Assembly (NCBI GenBank): GCA_052325505.1
Contig: JBKQUS010000136.1
Coordinates: 445-64,444, forward strand
DNA: 64,000 nucleotides
Origin: Limisphaerales bacterium
GTDB taxonomy: Bacteria; Verrucomicrobiota; Verrucomicrobiia; Limisphaerales; Palsa-1400
Direction of reading: 5' to 3'
Part shown: piece after piece, positions 30,828-39,582 of the stretch
How positions within the stretch are numbered: the first letter of the stretch is position 1
How the letters are laid out: every line of letters starts with the position of its first letter
Position numbers and translations under genes: made by a program
The notes under the pieces: model-generated
The model's input: the letters and a program-made list of their open reading frames with translations, nothing else
What the model was told of the DNA's origin: nothing
Databases searched by the model: none

Positions 30828-31141
30828 AGACTCGCGTTGTCGTGGGCGGGCAGGTCAAAGGCTTTCTGGAATCCCTGGCTTCGGGGCCACGCCGAAAGCT
30901 CTGGCGTGGCATCAAGGACCTCGCGCAAGAAAAAGGTGACATCAAGCAGTTGGAGGGCCGGCTCGCGCCCTACTGGCGTTTGCGCGTGGACCGGATGCGG
31001 GTGATTTACGCCCAGCGGGCGATTAAAGGCGAGCGCTGCATGGTATGTTTTTTCGCCGATCACCGGGCTACGGTGTATGCCGTGTTGGAACAGTTGCTGG
31101 CCTCAAGCATGGTCGCGGAACTGAAGGACGCGCCGGCGTAG
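30824..31141 (+). CDS. Type II toxin, RelE/ParE superfamily
   Basis: 105 aa; the WRLRVDRMRVIY...ADHRATVY pattern is typical of RelE/ParE. Confidence 0.8.
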   Translation: MKTRVVVGGQVKGFLESLASGPRRKLWRGIKDLAQEKGDIKQLEGRLAPYWRLRVDRMRVIYAQRAIKGERCMVCFFADHRATVYAVLEQLLASSMVAELKDAPA

Positions 31142-31400
31142 CTAGGATTCGCAGTTGGAGAATCAGATTTCACTCTTCAACCTCTGAATTTTTGCGCCTC
31201 TTGCGCGTTTTCGCGGCGGAGTGCTTGTATCCCAACCTGCGGCCCTCTCGGTAAATCTTTGCGGCTCAAAATGTTGTGCCGGAATCATGCCGATTACAAA
31301 ATAATCCTGCATAAACTGAAAATAACTGTTGATTTGATGAATAACTATACTATCATATCTCCCGATGAATGGTTAATTGAAGCCATGATGAAAAATTAAA

Positions 31401-31890
31401 ATGACCGCCCAACCATAAACACCCCTCAAACTACGAAAGCCCGCAACGGTAAAATCGCCCGCCTGCCCTCCCATGTCCGTGAAGAATTCAATGTCCGATT
31501 GGAACGCTCCGAGCCTGGCCCCCGCTTGCTCGCATGACTGAATGCGCTGCCGGAGGTGCAAGAGATGGTGCGGAGAGACTTCGGCGGCGAACCCATCTCC
31601 GAACAAAATCTCAGCCAGTGGCGGCGGGGCGGTTTCCAGGATTGGCTCACCGGCCGGGACTTCTTTGACGACGCCCGGAATGCGGATGGCTCCGCCCCGG
31701 GGTGCAAACGGCTCTCAGCCGACCGGGCGGCTGCCGTCCTGGCAGCCCGTTATGCGCGCTTGATTGAGCGATGGAACGGGGAATGCACCCGGGATTTCGA
31801 AGCCAGGGCGCGCTTGCTGAACGGACTCTGCCGCGGAATCACCGAATTACAGCGGGAAGCCCACAGGCCTACCCGGGATAAGTCCGCCGA
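31401..31890 (+). pseudogene. Decayed gene of unknown function (frameshift near the start plus an in-frame TGA)
   Basis: ATG 31401 reaches a stop after 5 codons. The +2 frame then reads TKARNGKIARLPSHVREEFNVRLERSEPGPRLLA-TGA(31535-31537)-LNALPEVQEMVRRDFGGEPISEQNLSQWRRGGF. It sits in an AT-rich flank. Confidence 0.4.
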
Positions 31891-32134
31891 AACAAACACG
31901 CTGATACATCCTGCGTGCGTACCAGTCGCCTTCCATCGGAACGGCCTGCGGACCCCAATTCGCCCAGATGCCGAATTTGGCGTCGCGGAACCACTCCGGA
32001 CAGGAGTAATTGGTCAGGGAATTCATCGTGCCGGAATACTTGCCGGGGTTGATTTTCGGATCAGCGGCTGATGATCGGACTTGAGCCAGGGCCAGCAAGG
32101 CCGCAAGACAGATGATAAAGGTCAGGCGTTTCAT
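31847..32134 (-). pseudogene. 5' fragment of a GH29 alpha-L-fucosidase gene (signal peptide plus about 55 aa of catalytic domain only)
   Basis: MKRLTFIICLAALLALAQV...CPEWFRDAKFGIWANWGPQAVPMEGDWYARRMY matches the GH29 N-terminal block. Recognisable sequence stops near 31900. Confidence 0.6.
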
Positions 32135-32222
32135 CTCGAATGAAATTACTGCAGCCCGATCCTGGGATCTAACCTTCCTACTGTCCACTTGGGCCGGGTA
32201 ATCTGTAGCCAAATTTGGCTGA

Positions 32223-33203
32223 TTGATTCGCAAAAACCGTGTAGTGCCGATCCGGGCTGCGGCGCATCATCTTCTCATGATGGCACAAAGCCGCAATCAA
32301 CAAGCCGCCAAAAAGGCCGGCGGAAATGGAAATGGTCACTCCCGAGGCCACGCCCTCATCACGGACGACGTGGCCTTTGGGTATCCGAGGGATTTTCTGG
32401 AAAACAAGTTCGTCTATCTCGTCATTTCCCCGCGGGCCGGAGGATTGTCCATCGGGGTCAACGTGAACCCGATTGTGAAATGCAACCTCAATTGCATGTA
32501 TTGCGAGGTTGACCGCGCCAAACCTGCGACTATGCCGCACTTTGATGCCCAGAGAATGGCCGCCGAACTGCACGCGACTTTTGGATTGGCTTACACGGGC
32601 CGTTTGTGGGAAACGCCGCGCTACGCCAACTTGCCGCAGGAGCTGCTGCAAGTGCGCCACGTGGCCTTGAGCGGTGACGGCGAACCCACCTTGTCCAGCC
32701 ATTTTGTGGAGGCGTTGCACGTCATCACCCACCTTCGCCTGGTGGGCGGATTACCCTATTTCAAGATCGTGCTCCTCACCAATTCAACCGCCTTGGACCG
32801 GCCCAGGGTCCAATATGCATTAAAGTTCCTCACGCGAACGGACGAGATTTGGGCGAAACTGGACGGAGGCACGCAGGAATATCTAAACCGCCTGAACGGC
32901 TCCACCGTCCCGCTGGCAAAAATCATGGACAATATTCTCTTGGTAGCCCGCCGCCGCCCCGTCGTAATTCAGAGCCTGTTCCCCGCCATCGACGGCGCGC
33001 ATCCCCCCGCCGATGAGATCAAGGAATACGCGCAGCGATTGAAGGAACTGAAGGACTCGGGCGCGGAGATTTCCCTGGTGCAAATTTATTCGGCGACGCG
33101 ACCGATGGCCAGGACGGGCTGCACCCATCTGCCGCTGAAATCGCTTTCGCAGATTGCGCGCACCGTTCGGCGCGTGGCCGGGCTGCGCGCGGAAGTCTTT
33201 TAG
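32223..33203 (+). CDS. Radical SAM protein
   Basis: CNLNCMYC (CxxxCxxC) and the LSGDGEPTL motif. The start is uncertain (alternative ATG near 32277). Confidence 0.85.
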   Translation: MIRKNRVVPIRAAAHHLLMMAQSRNQQAAKKAGGNGNGHSRGHALITDDVAFGYPRDFLENKFVYLVISPRAGGLSIGVNVNPIVKCNLNCMYCEVDRAKPATMPHFDAQRMAAELHATFGLAYTGRLWETPRYANLPQELLQVRHVALSGDGEPTLSSHFVEALHVITHLRLVGGLPYFKIVLLTNSTALDRPRVQYALKFLTRTDEIWAKLDGGTQEYLNRLNGSTVPLAKIMDNILLVARRRPVVIQSLFPAIDGAHPPADEIKEYAQRLKELKDSGAEISLVQIYSATRPMARTGCTHLPLKSLSQIARTVRRVAGLRAEVF

Positions 33204-33204
33204 G

Positions 33205-34056
33205 TCAGGCCGCCACCATGAGTTGAGGCAGGCCCTGCATGGCGCCCTGGATGCCCAAGACGATTTGTTCCACTTTTTCCACGTCCAGACCCAGCGTTGC
33301 AGCGGCCAAGTTTTTGGCCTGAACGTCTTGGTCTTCCCATCCGGGAGCGGCACCGCACAGGAGGACTGCGCTATTGGCCAGATAAACCACGGCGGATAGC
33401 TGAATGGAAGGCTGGATGACGGGAGAATGATGGTCGGCCACGGCCTGGACGATCAATTCCGGCAATGACCACCGTTGCAGCAAGCAGGCCCCGACTTCGC
33501 TGTGGTCGGCTCCCAGCACGGCCTTCTCCGCCTCGACCCGCGAGAGTGACTGTTCGGTGATTTTGGTCCGGATGTCGGCGCGGGCCTTGGGGGTCAGCAC
33601 TCTGCTTATGACCGCTTTGCCGATGTCGTGCAATAAACCGGCCGTAAAAGCGGTGGAGGGGAGGAAGTTGCCGTAGGACTCCACCGCGGCCAAGTATTCA
33701 GCGCCCAGAGCCGTATTGAGCGAGTGACTCCAAAGACCGTTGGCTTCGGTGTCGTAACCCGGCGCCGCCATTCCCAAAGAGCCGCTGAAACCGATGGCGC
33801 AGACCATGCGGAAAATCAAGTTGTCACCGAGCAGCAAGAGGGCTTGATCGACGGAAAGAACCGGCTCGCGCAAACCGCTGCTCGCTGAATTGCAAGCCCG
33901 TAACAATTTGGCGGTAAGGATGTTGTCGCACCGGACGGTTTCGACGAGTTCGTCCCGATGCAAGTCGGGTTGATTGAGTTGAATGACCAGTTTTCGAGCC
34001 GTTTCCGACACAACTGGCAGGTCTTTTGCGTGCGCCACTATTTCATCGGCTGTCAT
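33205..34056 (-). CDS. HDOD domain signalling protein
   Basis: 283 aa with LLHDIGK and the overall HDOD layout. Confidence 0.9.
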   Translation of the reverse strand: MTADEIVAHAKDLPVVSETARKLVIQLNQPDLHRDELVETVRCDNILTAKLLRACNSASSGLREPVLSVDQALLLLGDNLIFRMVCAIGFSGSLGMAAPGYDTEANGLWSHSLNTALGAEYLAAVESYGNFLPSTAFTAGLLHDIGKAVISRVLTPKARADIRTKITEQSLSRVEAEKAVLGADHSEVGACLLQRWSLPELIVQAVADHHSPVIQPSIQLSAVVYLANSAVLLCGAAPGWEDQDVQAKNLAAATLGLDVEKVEQIVLGIQGAMQGLPQLMVAA

Positions 34057-34213
34057 AACGATCTCACCGTCAATTCCTTATATGAGCGCCCAAGTTGAGA
34101 GAGATGTGTTCCTAGCCCTCGGCCAGAAACTCATGCTCCGCCAGACTGGACAGCGGATTCAATTTCCATGCATCAATGCAGACACCTTCCACTATCGGCA
34201 GGCGCCGACAAAA

Positions 34214-35554
34214 CTAAAGGGCTTTTGTTGACTGTTCAAAATCCACCGGCTCCAGTTTGGGAGCGAGCAGATGAACGATGGTTGCGCCGGTGATATAGGC
34301 CAGACTGGCGGCGAGAAAAATCAGGCGGTAATTACCCAAATCATGGCTTGCCTCAGCCAGCTTGCGGACATGGGCAATAAGAGTGAACAGAATCAATCCA
34401 CCCACCGAACCAGCCAACCCGGCCAGGCCCGTGACCGAGCCGACAATGCGGCGCGGGAACATGTCCCCCGCCAGACTGTAAACATTGGCCGACCAGGCTT
34501 GATGAGCCGAGGCCGCGATGGCAATGAGGGCCACCGCCAGCCAATAGCTGTTGGTGATGGCGGCGAAAAACACCGGCAGAACGCAGGCCGCGCAAATGAA
34601 CAGGGTGGCTTTTCTGGCCCGGTTGACGCTCCAGCCAATTTTCATGAACCAGCCGGAAAGCCATCCGCCCCCGATGCTGCCGAACGAAGCCAGCACATAA
34701 ATGACCGCGACCGGTGCGCTGCGCGCTTTGAGACCCAAACCGAAACGGTCCGAGAAGAAATAAGGCGTGCCAAAAAGATAAAACCACCAGAAACCGTCAC
34801 TCATAAATCTGGCCCCGGCGATGGCCCAGGCCTGGCGATGCGGAAACAAGCGACGCCACGGAATTTTGACGCTGGGTTCGGCGGGGTCGCTGTTGATGCA
34901 AGCCAGTTCGACTTCGAAGACGCGGGGGTGATCCTGGGGCTTCTTATAGATCAGGAGCCAGGCGATAATCCATGTAATGTCAAAAATGCCGGTGATTAAA
35001 AATGCGCCGCGCCAGCCCAGCACATGACCGCCAACGTAAAAAGTGCCGCAAAGAGCGACGACGGACGGCAGGCCAAACGGGACCAGAATTCCGCCGACGT
35101 TGGAGCCGGAGTTGAACAGGCCGGTGGCCAGGGCGCGCTCCCGTTTGGGAAACCACTCGGCAGTGGTTTTGATGGCGGCCGGGAAGTTGCCGCCTTCCCC
35201 CAAAGCCAGAAGGATGCGCACGATGAAAAAACCCGTGAGGGTGTTCACCAACGAATGACTCATGGCCGCCAGGCCCCAAAAACCGCAGGCCAGGGCAAAA
35301 CCCCATCGCAGACCGATGACATCCATCAGCCGTCCCGCGAGCATCTGGCTGACCGCGTAAGCTGCGGTGAAAGCTACCGTCATGTCGTAGTATCTTTCCT
35401 GCGTCCATCCCGGAATCACCTTTTCCAGGTCGGGCGCCAGGTTGCTGAAGACGCTGCGGTCAATGTAATTGGCCGTCGTCACCCAGAAAAGCAGGGCGCA
35501 AATCACCCAGCGAAAATGGCTTGAGGCAGGACGGTTTGAAGCGTTGGCGTCCAT
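34214..35554 (-). CDS. MFS transporter (ACS/hexuronate-type)
   Basis: 446 aa, about 12 TM segments, ANYIDRSVFSNLAP motif near the N-terminus. Confidence 0.9.
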   Translation of the reverse strand: MDANASNRPASSHFRWVICALLFWVTTANYIDRSVFSNLAPDLEKVIPGWTQERYYDMTVAFTAAYAVSQMLAGRLMDVIGLRWGFALACGFWGLAAMSHSLVNTLTGFFIVRILLALGEGGNFPAAIKTTAEWFPKRERALATGLFNSGSNVGGILVPFGLPSVVALCGTFYVGGHVLGWRGAFLITGIFDITWIIAWLLIYKKPQDHPRVFEVELACINSDPAEPSVKIPWRRLFPHRQAWAIAGARFMSDGFWWFYLFGTPYFFSDRFGLGLKARSAPVAVIYVLASFGSIGGGWLSGWFMKIGWSVNRARKATLFICAACVLPVFFAAITNSYWLAVALIAIAASAHQAWSANVYSLAGDMFPRRIVGSVTGLAGLAGSVGGLILFTLIAHVRKLAEASHDLGNYRLIFLAASLAYITGATIVHLLAPKLEPVDFEQSTKAL

Positions 35555-35672
35555 AATAGATTGGGCCTAGCTTGCCTGCTTCGCGGTGGATGGACAACCT
35601 TGTTTGGTGCAAAAATCCTTGAATCCTGGGCACCCTGCCACGTTCGGCCAGCACGCCCCGGACACACAATGG

Positions 35673-35987
35673 CTATGAGGCCACGACAGGCGGCAATGCG
35701 GCGTCAAGGGACCCAAGAATCCACTGCGGCTCCTGGTCGAACACCAGCACCCGGCAGGGATACTGTTTCTGATTCGCCAGGGCGACGGTTTTGCAAAGGA
35801 ATGTCAACCCGTGCCCCGCCGGGATCTGCCAGACATTGGGGGCGATCCTTAGAATCTTTTTGTCACCATCCGAGACTGGGGACTCTATCTTTTGCAGAAA
35901 GTCCAGCCATTCAGCCTGCCTTGCCTTGGGATCATTGGCGGCAGCTTTTGGAGATTCGATTATCAAAAGGAAAGAACTCATTTCCAT
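35673..35987 (-). CDS. Small hypothetical protein (104 aa)
   Basis: Isolated ORF with a globular-looking composition. TTGACA (36018-36013 on the minus strand) lies upstream. No recognised family. Confidence 0.45.
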   Translation of the reverse strand: MEMSSFLLIIESPKAAANDPKARQAEWLDFLQKIESPVSDGDKKILRIAPNVWQIPAGHGLTFLCKTVALANQKQYPCRVLVFDQEPQWILGSLDAALPPVVAS

Positions 35988-36077
35988 AGATCAGACGCAA
36001 AAGAAGCGTCGGTGTCAAGGCTCCAAGGTGCCCGGTAGCGCCTTAATTCCATGGTTGTAGTGTCGGCGCTATGCCTC

Positions 36078-36104
36078 GATTGTTAAGCCACAGGCTCAAC
36101 AATC
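36078..36104. promoter_or_regulatory. 27-bp near-perfect palindrome in a divergent promoter region (candidate operator)
   Basis: GATTGTTAAGCC-ACA-GGCTCAACAATC, 11 of 12 positions complementary. Confidence 0.4.
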
Positions 36105-36603
36105 CATCGCGAAGCATTGATGTGCCGCGAAGAATCAGGGCATAAGACGCAGACGCAAGGAAAAGAAGACAGGATGGGGAATGGATTCGGATTTTCGATG
36201 CATGCTTGAACCCCTTTAACTCTACAAAACTCTTTGCGGTTTAGCGCCTTACGCGCTTTGCGCTTTGTCTGAACAGGACTTGTTGGTGGCGGCTTGTCGC
36301 GAAACGACCACGAACATGGATTTGTTGGTGGACAGAACGGGCAGTGTGGCGGAGAAAATGTGGACATGCTCGGATCTGAATTCTCTCCTGATTTTCAACT
36401 AGACCGCTATGTTGGTCGACTCTTGACACCAATATCCCAGGACTCTTTCATGAGCCAGCCGTGCGCCCGGGAACGATCGCTTGATTTGGGCTTGAAAGAA
36501 GCGATGGACAACGGGCAGACTCGTTTCAATCGGACTATTAAATTGAATAGACATCCCTGCATCATGATCTCTGTCCTGCCCGCCGTTTTTTATCGCATGG
36601 TTC

Positions 36604-37785
36604 ATGAGTAAAGCCGCTCAAAAACCAGGCCGGTGGTTCTGCGCCATCCCGATGATCTACAGCGACGATTCCGGTTTTTGGGACCGGGACGCCGGGCTGG
36701 TGTGCCAGGGTTTTCGAAAGCTGGGGATGGATTCCAAATTCATCGCCCTTGGCCAACCTTCGCAGCGGGAGGATGTGCCGTTGATCTTGAGCACCCTGGC
36801 GCAGATGATGGACGCAAATTGGTGGCGGCAGTGGAACCTGGAAGGCGTTCTTCTTTACGCCTGGGCCTTGCCCCGCTATGAACCCATTGCCCGGGCCATA
36901 AAGACCGCCGGCCTAAAGCTCAATCTCGTGTTGGACAACGACGGCATTGTCCACCCGCGGGTCTGGCCCCGCAGATACCTGGAAAAAAAGTATTATACCG
37001 AAATGGACATGGGAAAGTGGTTCCCGGCAGGCTGGGCGCTTTTAAAAACGGCGGTGGCCGCTTTCCGGGCGCGCCATAACGGAACCTTGCGGCATCTGGA
37101 ACATGGCGATTTTTTCACCCTGCCGTCGCCTCTGGCCAAGCAACGCTACAGCCGCTTCCTCCTGGCCGTCGGGCGTCCGGACCTGATGGAGCGGGTCAGA
37201 TTTGTTCCGTATGCCATGACGCAGGACATGAGCTACAGCCCGTCCATTGGCAAGCAGCCACTCATCATCGCCGTTGGGAGATGGCAAAGCCCCTTGAAGG
37301 GCGCCCCGGTGCTGGTCCGGGTTTTGGAACGGGTACTTTCCGAACAGCCGGGATACTCCGCCTGCATTATCGGTGGCGGAGGAGAGTGCGTCAGAAAGCT
37401 GATGCAACCCCTACACGGCGGCGGCAAGTCGCGGGTGGACATCTGTGGCCGGGTCAGTCACCAACAACTGTCGGGCCACTATCAGGAATCCCAGATCCTT
37501 CTTTGCACTTCCCCCTACGAGAGTTTCCACATGGCGAGCGCTGAAGCCTTGTGTTGCGGCTGTTCGGTGGTCGGGGACGTCAGAATTTCCGCGATGCCGT
37601 ATTTTTGCTCCGCGAGTTCGGGCACGCTTTCTTATGATCGGTCGGTGAACAATCTCAGTGACGCCTTGCACGCTGAGATTGACGCCTGGCGGCGCGGCGA
37701 GCGCGATCCCGTCCAGATTAGCGCCACCTGGACGGCAAGGCTGCACCCGGACCGGGTGGCCGGGCAGTTCCTGAACCTCTCGTGA
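36604..37785 (+). CDS. Glycosyltransferase family 4 (GT-B)
   Basis: C-terminal SPYESFHMASAEALCCGCSVVG matches the GT4 E-x7-E region. Confidence 0.8.
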   Translation: MSKAAQKPGRWFCAIPMIYSDDSGFWDRDAGLVCQGFRKLGMDSKFIALGQPSQREDVPLILSTLAQMMDANWWRQWNLEGVLLYAWALPRYEPIARAIKTAGLKLNLVLDNDGIVHPRVWPRRYLEKKYYTEMDMGKWFPAGWALLKTAVAAFRARHNGTLRHLEHGDFFTLPSPLAKQRYSRFLLAVGRPDLMERVRFVPYAMTQDMSYSPSIGKQPLIIAVGRWQSPLKGAPVLVRVLERVLSEQPGYSACIIGGGGECVRKLMQPLHGGGKSRVDICGRVSHQQLSGHYQESQILLCTSPYESFHMASAEALCCGCSVVGDVRISAMPYFCSASSGTLSYDRSVNNLSDALHAEIDAWRRGERDPVQISATWTARLHPDRVAGQFLNLS

Positions 37786-37803
37786 GCCGGGACGAGGCCG
37801 CGC

Positions 37804-38289
37804 TTAATCCCGGAAGTTCTGAAAACTCAGCGCCACGGGGAAATCGTGTCCCCGCACGGCTGCGATGACGGCCTGGAGATCGTCCCTGCTTTTGCCGCTG
37901 ACGCGGATGGCGTCGCCTTGAATTTGGGTCGTGACCTTCAATTTGGTTTCGCGGATGAAGGCGGTGATTTGTTTGGCCACGGCCTGTTCGATGCCTTGCT
38001 TGATTTTAATGACCTGGCGGGCGTGGCCGAGAGGGGAAACATCCGGCGGCATGGATTCGACGCTCTTCAAGCTGATCTGGCGTTTGGCCAGTTTGCCGAT
38101 GGCAATTTCGTGCAAAGCCCTGATTTTGAACTGATCTTCCGCGGAGAGCTTTATTTCGTTTTTCTCCAGCACGATGTCCGCCTTGCTGCCCTTGAAGTCG
38201 AAGCGGTTGGCCAGTTCCTTCCTGGCCTGGTTGACGGCATTCTCGATCTCCATTGAACTGACCTCTGAGACAACATCAAATGATGGCAT
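37804..38289 (-). CDS. yajQ: YajQ-family nucleotide (c-di-GMP)-binding protein
   Basis: MPSFDVVSEV...NRFDFKGS, 161 aa; canonical UPF0234/YajQ. Confidence 0.95.
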   Translation of the reverse strand: MPSFDVVSEVSSMEIENAVNQARKELANRFDFKGSKADIVLEKNEIKLSAEDQFKIRALHEIAIGKLAKRQISLKSVESMPPDVSPLGHARQVIKIKQGIEQAVAKQITAFIRETKLKVTTQIQGDAIRVSGKSRDDLQAVIAAVRGHDFPVALSFQNFRD

Positions 38290-38422
38290 GGCAGAATACT
38301 AAACGGATGCCGCCGCGGATTCAAACGGGTTTTGACGTTCCCATCTTCCTAGTCAACGGCGGCGCCGGCATCGCCGCGGGCATGGTCGCCAGCATGGCCC
38401 GCGCATAATCTCGGTGAAGTGA

Positions 38423-38452
38423 TTGACGAGAATGGGGAAAACCTGTTATTCT
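38423..38452 (+). promoter_or_regulatory. Putative sigma-70 promoter that would give a ~200-nt leader for the glycan operon
   Basis: TTGACG (38423-38428), 18-nt spacer, TATTCT (38447-38452). The first CDS starts at 38660. Confidence 0.35.
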
Positions 38453-38659
38453 TAAATGATGGCGTGTTTCTTGAGCCTGAGGCAGAGGCAAATGGTCGAG
38501 TGCATGGCACCCGGGGCAGGCGTAGTGGCAAACCACCTCATGCATCCCAAAAGCACGGTTTATCGTGCAGGCAACGGGCGCGAACCCGGCGTCCGGGGCT
38601 GGGGGCTATACTTGGAGCACAAGCTCTTTAAAGTCCCGGGTAACTTTGATTATTGATGC

Positions 38660-39574
38660 ATGGAAACAAACTGTCCTGTGATTTTTGGAAGTGATGGCTA
38701 TGTCGGCCGCGCGTTCGTCGCTGAAATGCGGCGCCGGAACAAGCCGTTCAACACGCTTCAACACACCGCCCAAAGGATATGGAAATGGCTGGAAGCATTC
38801 AAGCCGTCGCTGGTTATAAACTGCGCCGCTTTCGTCTGCAAGCCTTCAGTGGACCTGAACGATGACCACAAAGCGGAAACTCTTTTGGGCAATCTGATTT
38901 TCCCCACCATCCTTGCCGACGCTTGCGATGTGACAGGAACGCCCTTGTTGCATGTATCCACCGGATGCCTTTACATTCGGCAGCCAAAGGATGAGTTTCC
39001 GGATGCGAGACGGCGAAACCTGGCGCCCTTAACATGCAATGAGGATGCCTTTGCTTTCAAAGAGACCGACGAGCCGATGCTGACCTTCGACAAAGGCGCA
39101 GGCTTCTACGTCGGCAGCAAGGAGGTAGCCGAGCGCGTTGTGCGCCAGCATGAAAAACACTGGATTTGCCGCATCCGGCTGCCATTCGACCAATTTGACA
39201 ATCCGCGCAACTACATCACGAAACTGTTGACGTATCCCAAGATCCTTGATGCGTATAATTCCATCTCACACCGGGGCGACTTCGTGAAGGCTTGCCTTGA
39301 TCTGGTGGAGCTCGGCGCGCCATTCGGCACCTACAACATGACGAATCCGGGCGCGGTTTGGGCCTGTGAAATCTGCGAAATGCTGCGCAAACAGGGGCTG
39401 AAAAAGGACTTCCAATTCTGGGATTGGAACGAATTTATGATGACGTGCGCCAAGACTAAAAAAAGCAACGCGGAACTGGACGTCTCGAAATTGTTGGCCA
39501 CGGGCGTGAAAATGCGCCCTGTGCGCGAGGCTCTTGAGGATTCAATTAAACGCTGGCAGCCAGCTTCAACCTGA
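38660..39574 (+). CDS. RmlD / NRS-ER-like NDP-4-keto-6-deoxyhexose reductase (possible 3,5-epimerase/4-reductase)
   Basis: FGSDGYVGRAF Rossmann motif. Colinear blocks (NPRNYITKLLTYPKILDAYNSIS, NMTNPGAV, SNAELDVSKL) resemble plant NRS/ER and RmlD-family proteins as I recall them. Confidence 0.8.
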   Translation: METNCPVIFGSDGYVGRAFVAEMRRRNKPFNTLQHTAQRIWKWLEAFKPSLVINCAAFVCKPSVDLNDDHKAETLLGNLIFPTILADACDVTGTPLLHVSTGCLYIRQPKDEFPDARRRNLAPLTCNEDAFAFKETDEPMLTFDKGAGFYVGSKEVAERVVRQHEKHWICRIRLPFDQFDNPRNYITKLLTYPKILDAYNSISHRGDFVKACLDLVELGAPFGTYNMTNPGAVWACEICEMLRKQGLKKDFQFWDWNEFMMTCAKTKKSNAELDVSKLLATGVKMRPVREALEDSIKRWQPAST

Positions 39575-39582
39575 AAGAAATT

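Noticed and set aside
31535-31537. The in-frame TGA as programmed recoding (selenocysteine or a Trp/Gly reassignment).
   Set aside because: TGA is used as an ordinary stop by many genes in the window. The same gene also lacks an in-frame start, and I noticed no SECIS-like hairpin. Decay is the simpler explanation.
38460-38659. A c-di-GMP-I (GEMM) riboswitch in the leader next to yajQ, suggested by GGCAAACC.
   Set aside because: The other invariant GEMM-I elements (an ACGCAAAGC-type junction and the paired P2/P3 tetraloop-receptor arrangement) are not recognisable by eye. An Infernal scan would be needed. It is kept only as an unclassified leader.
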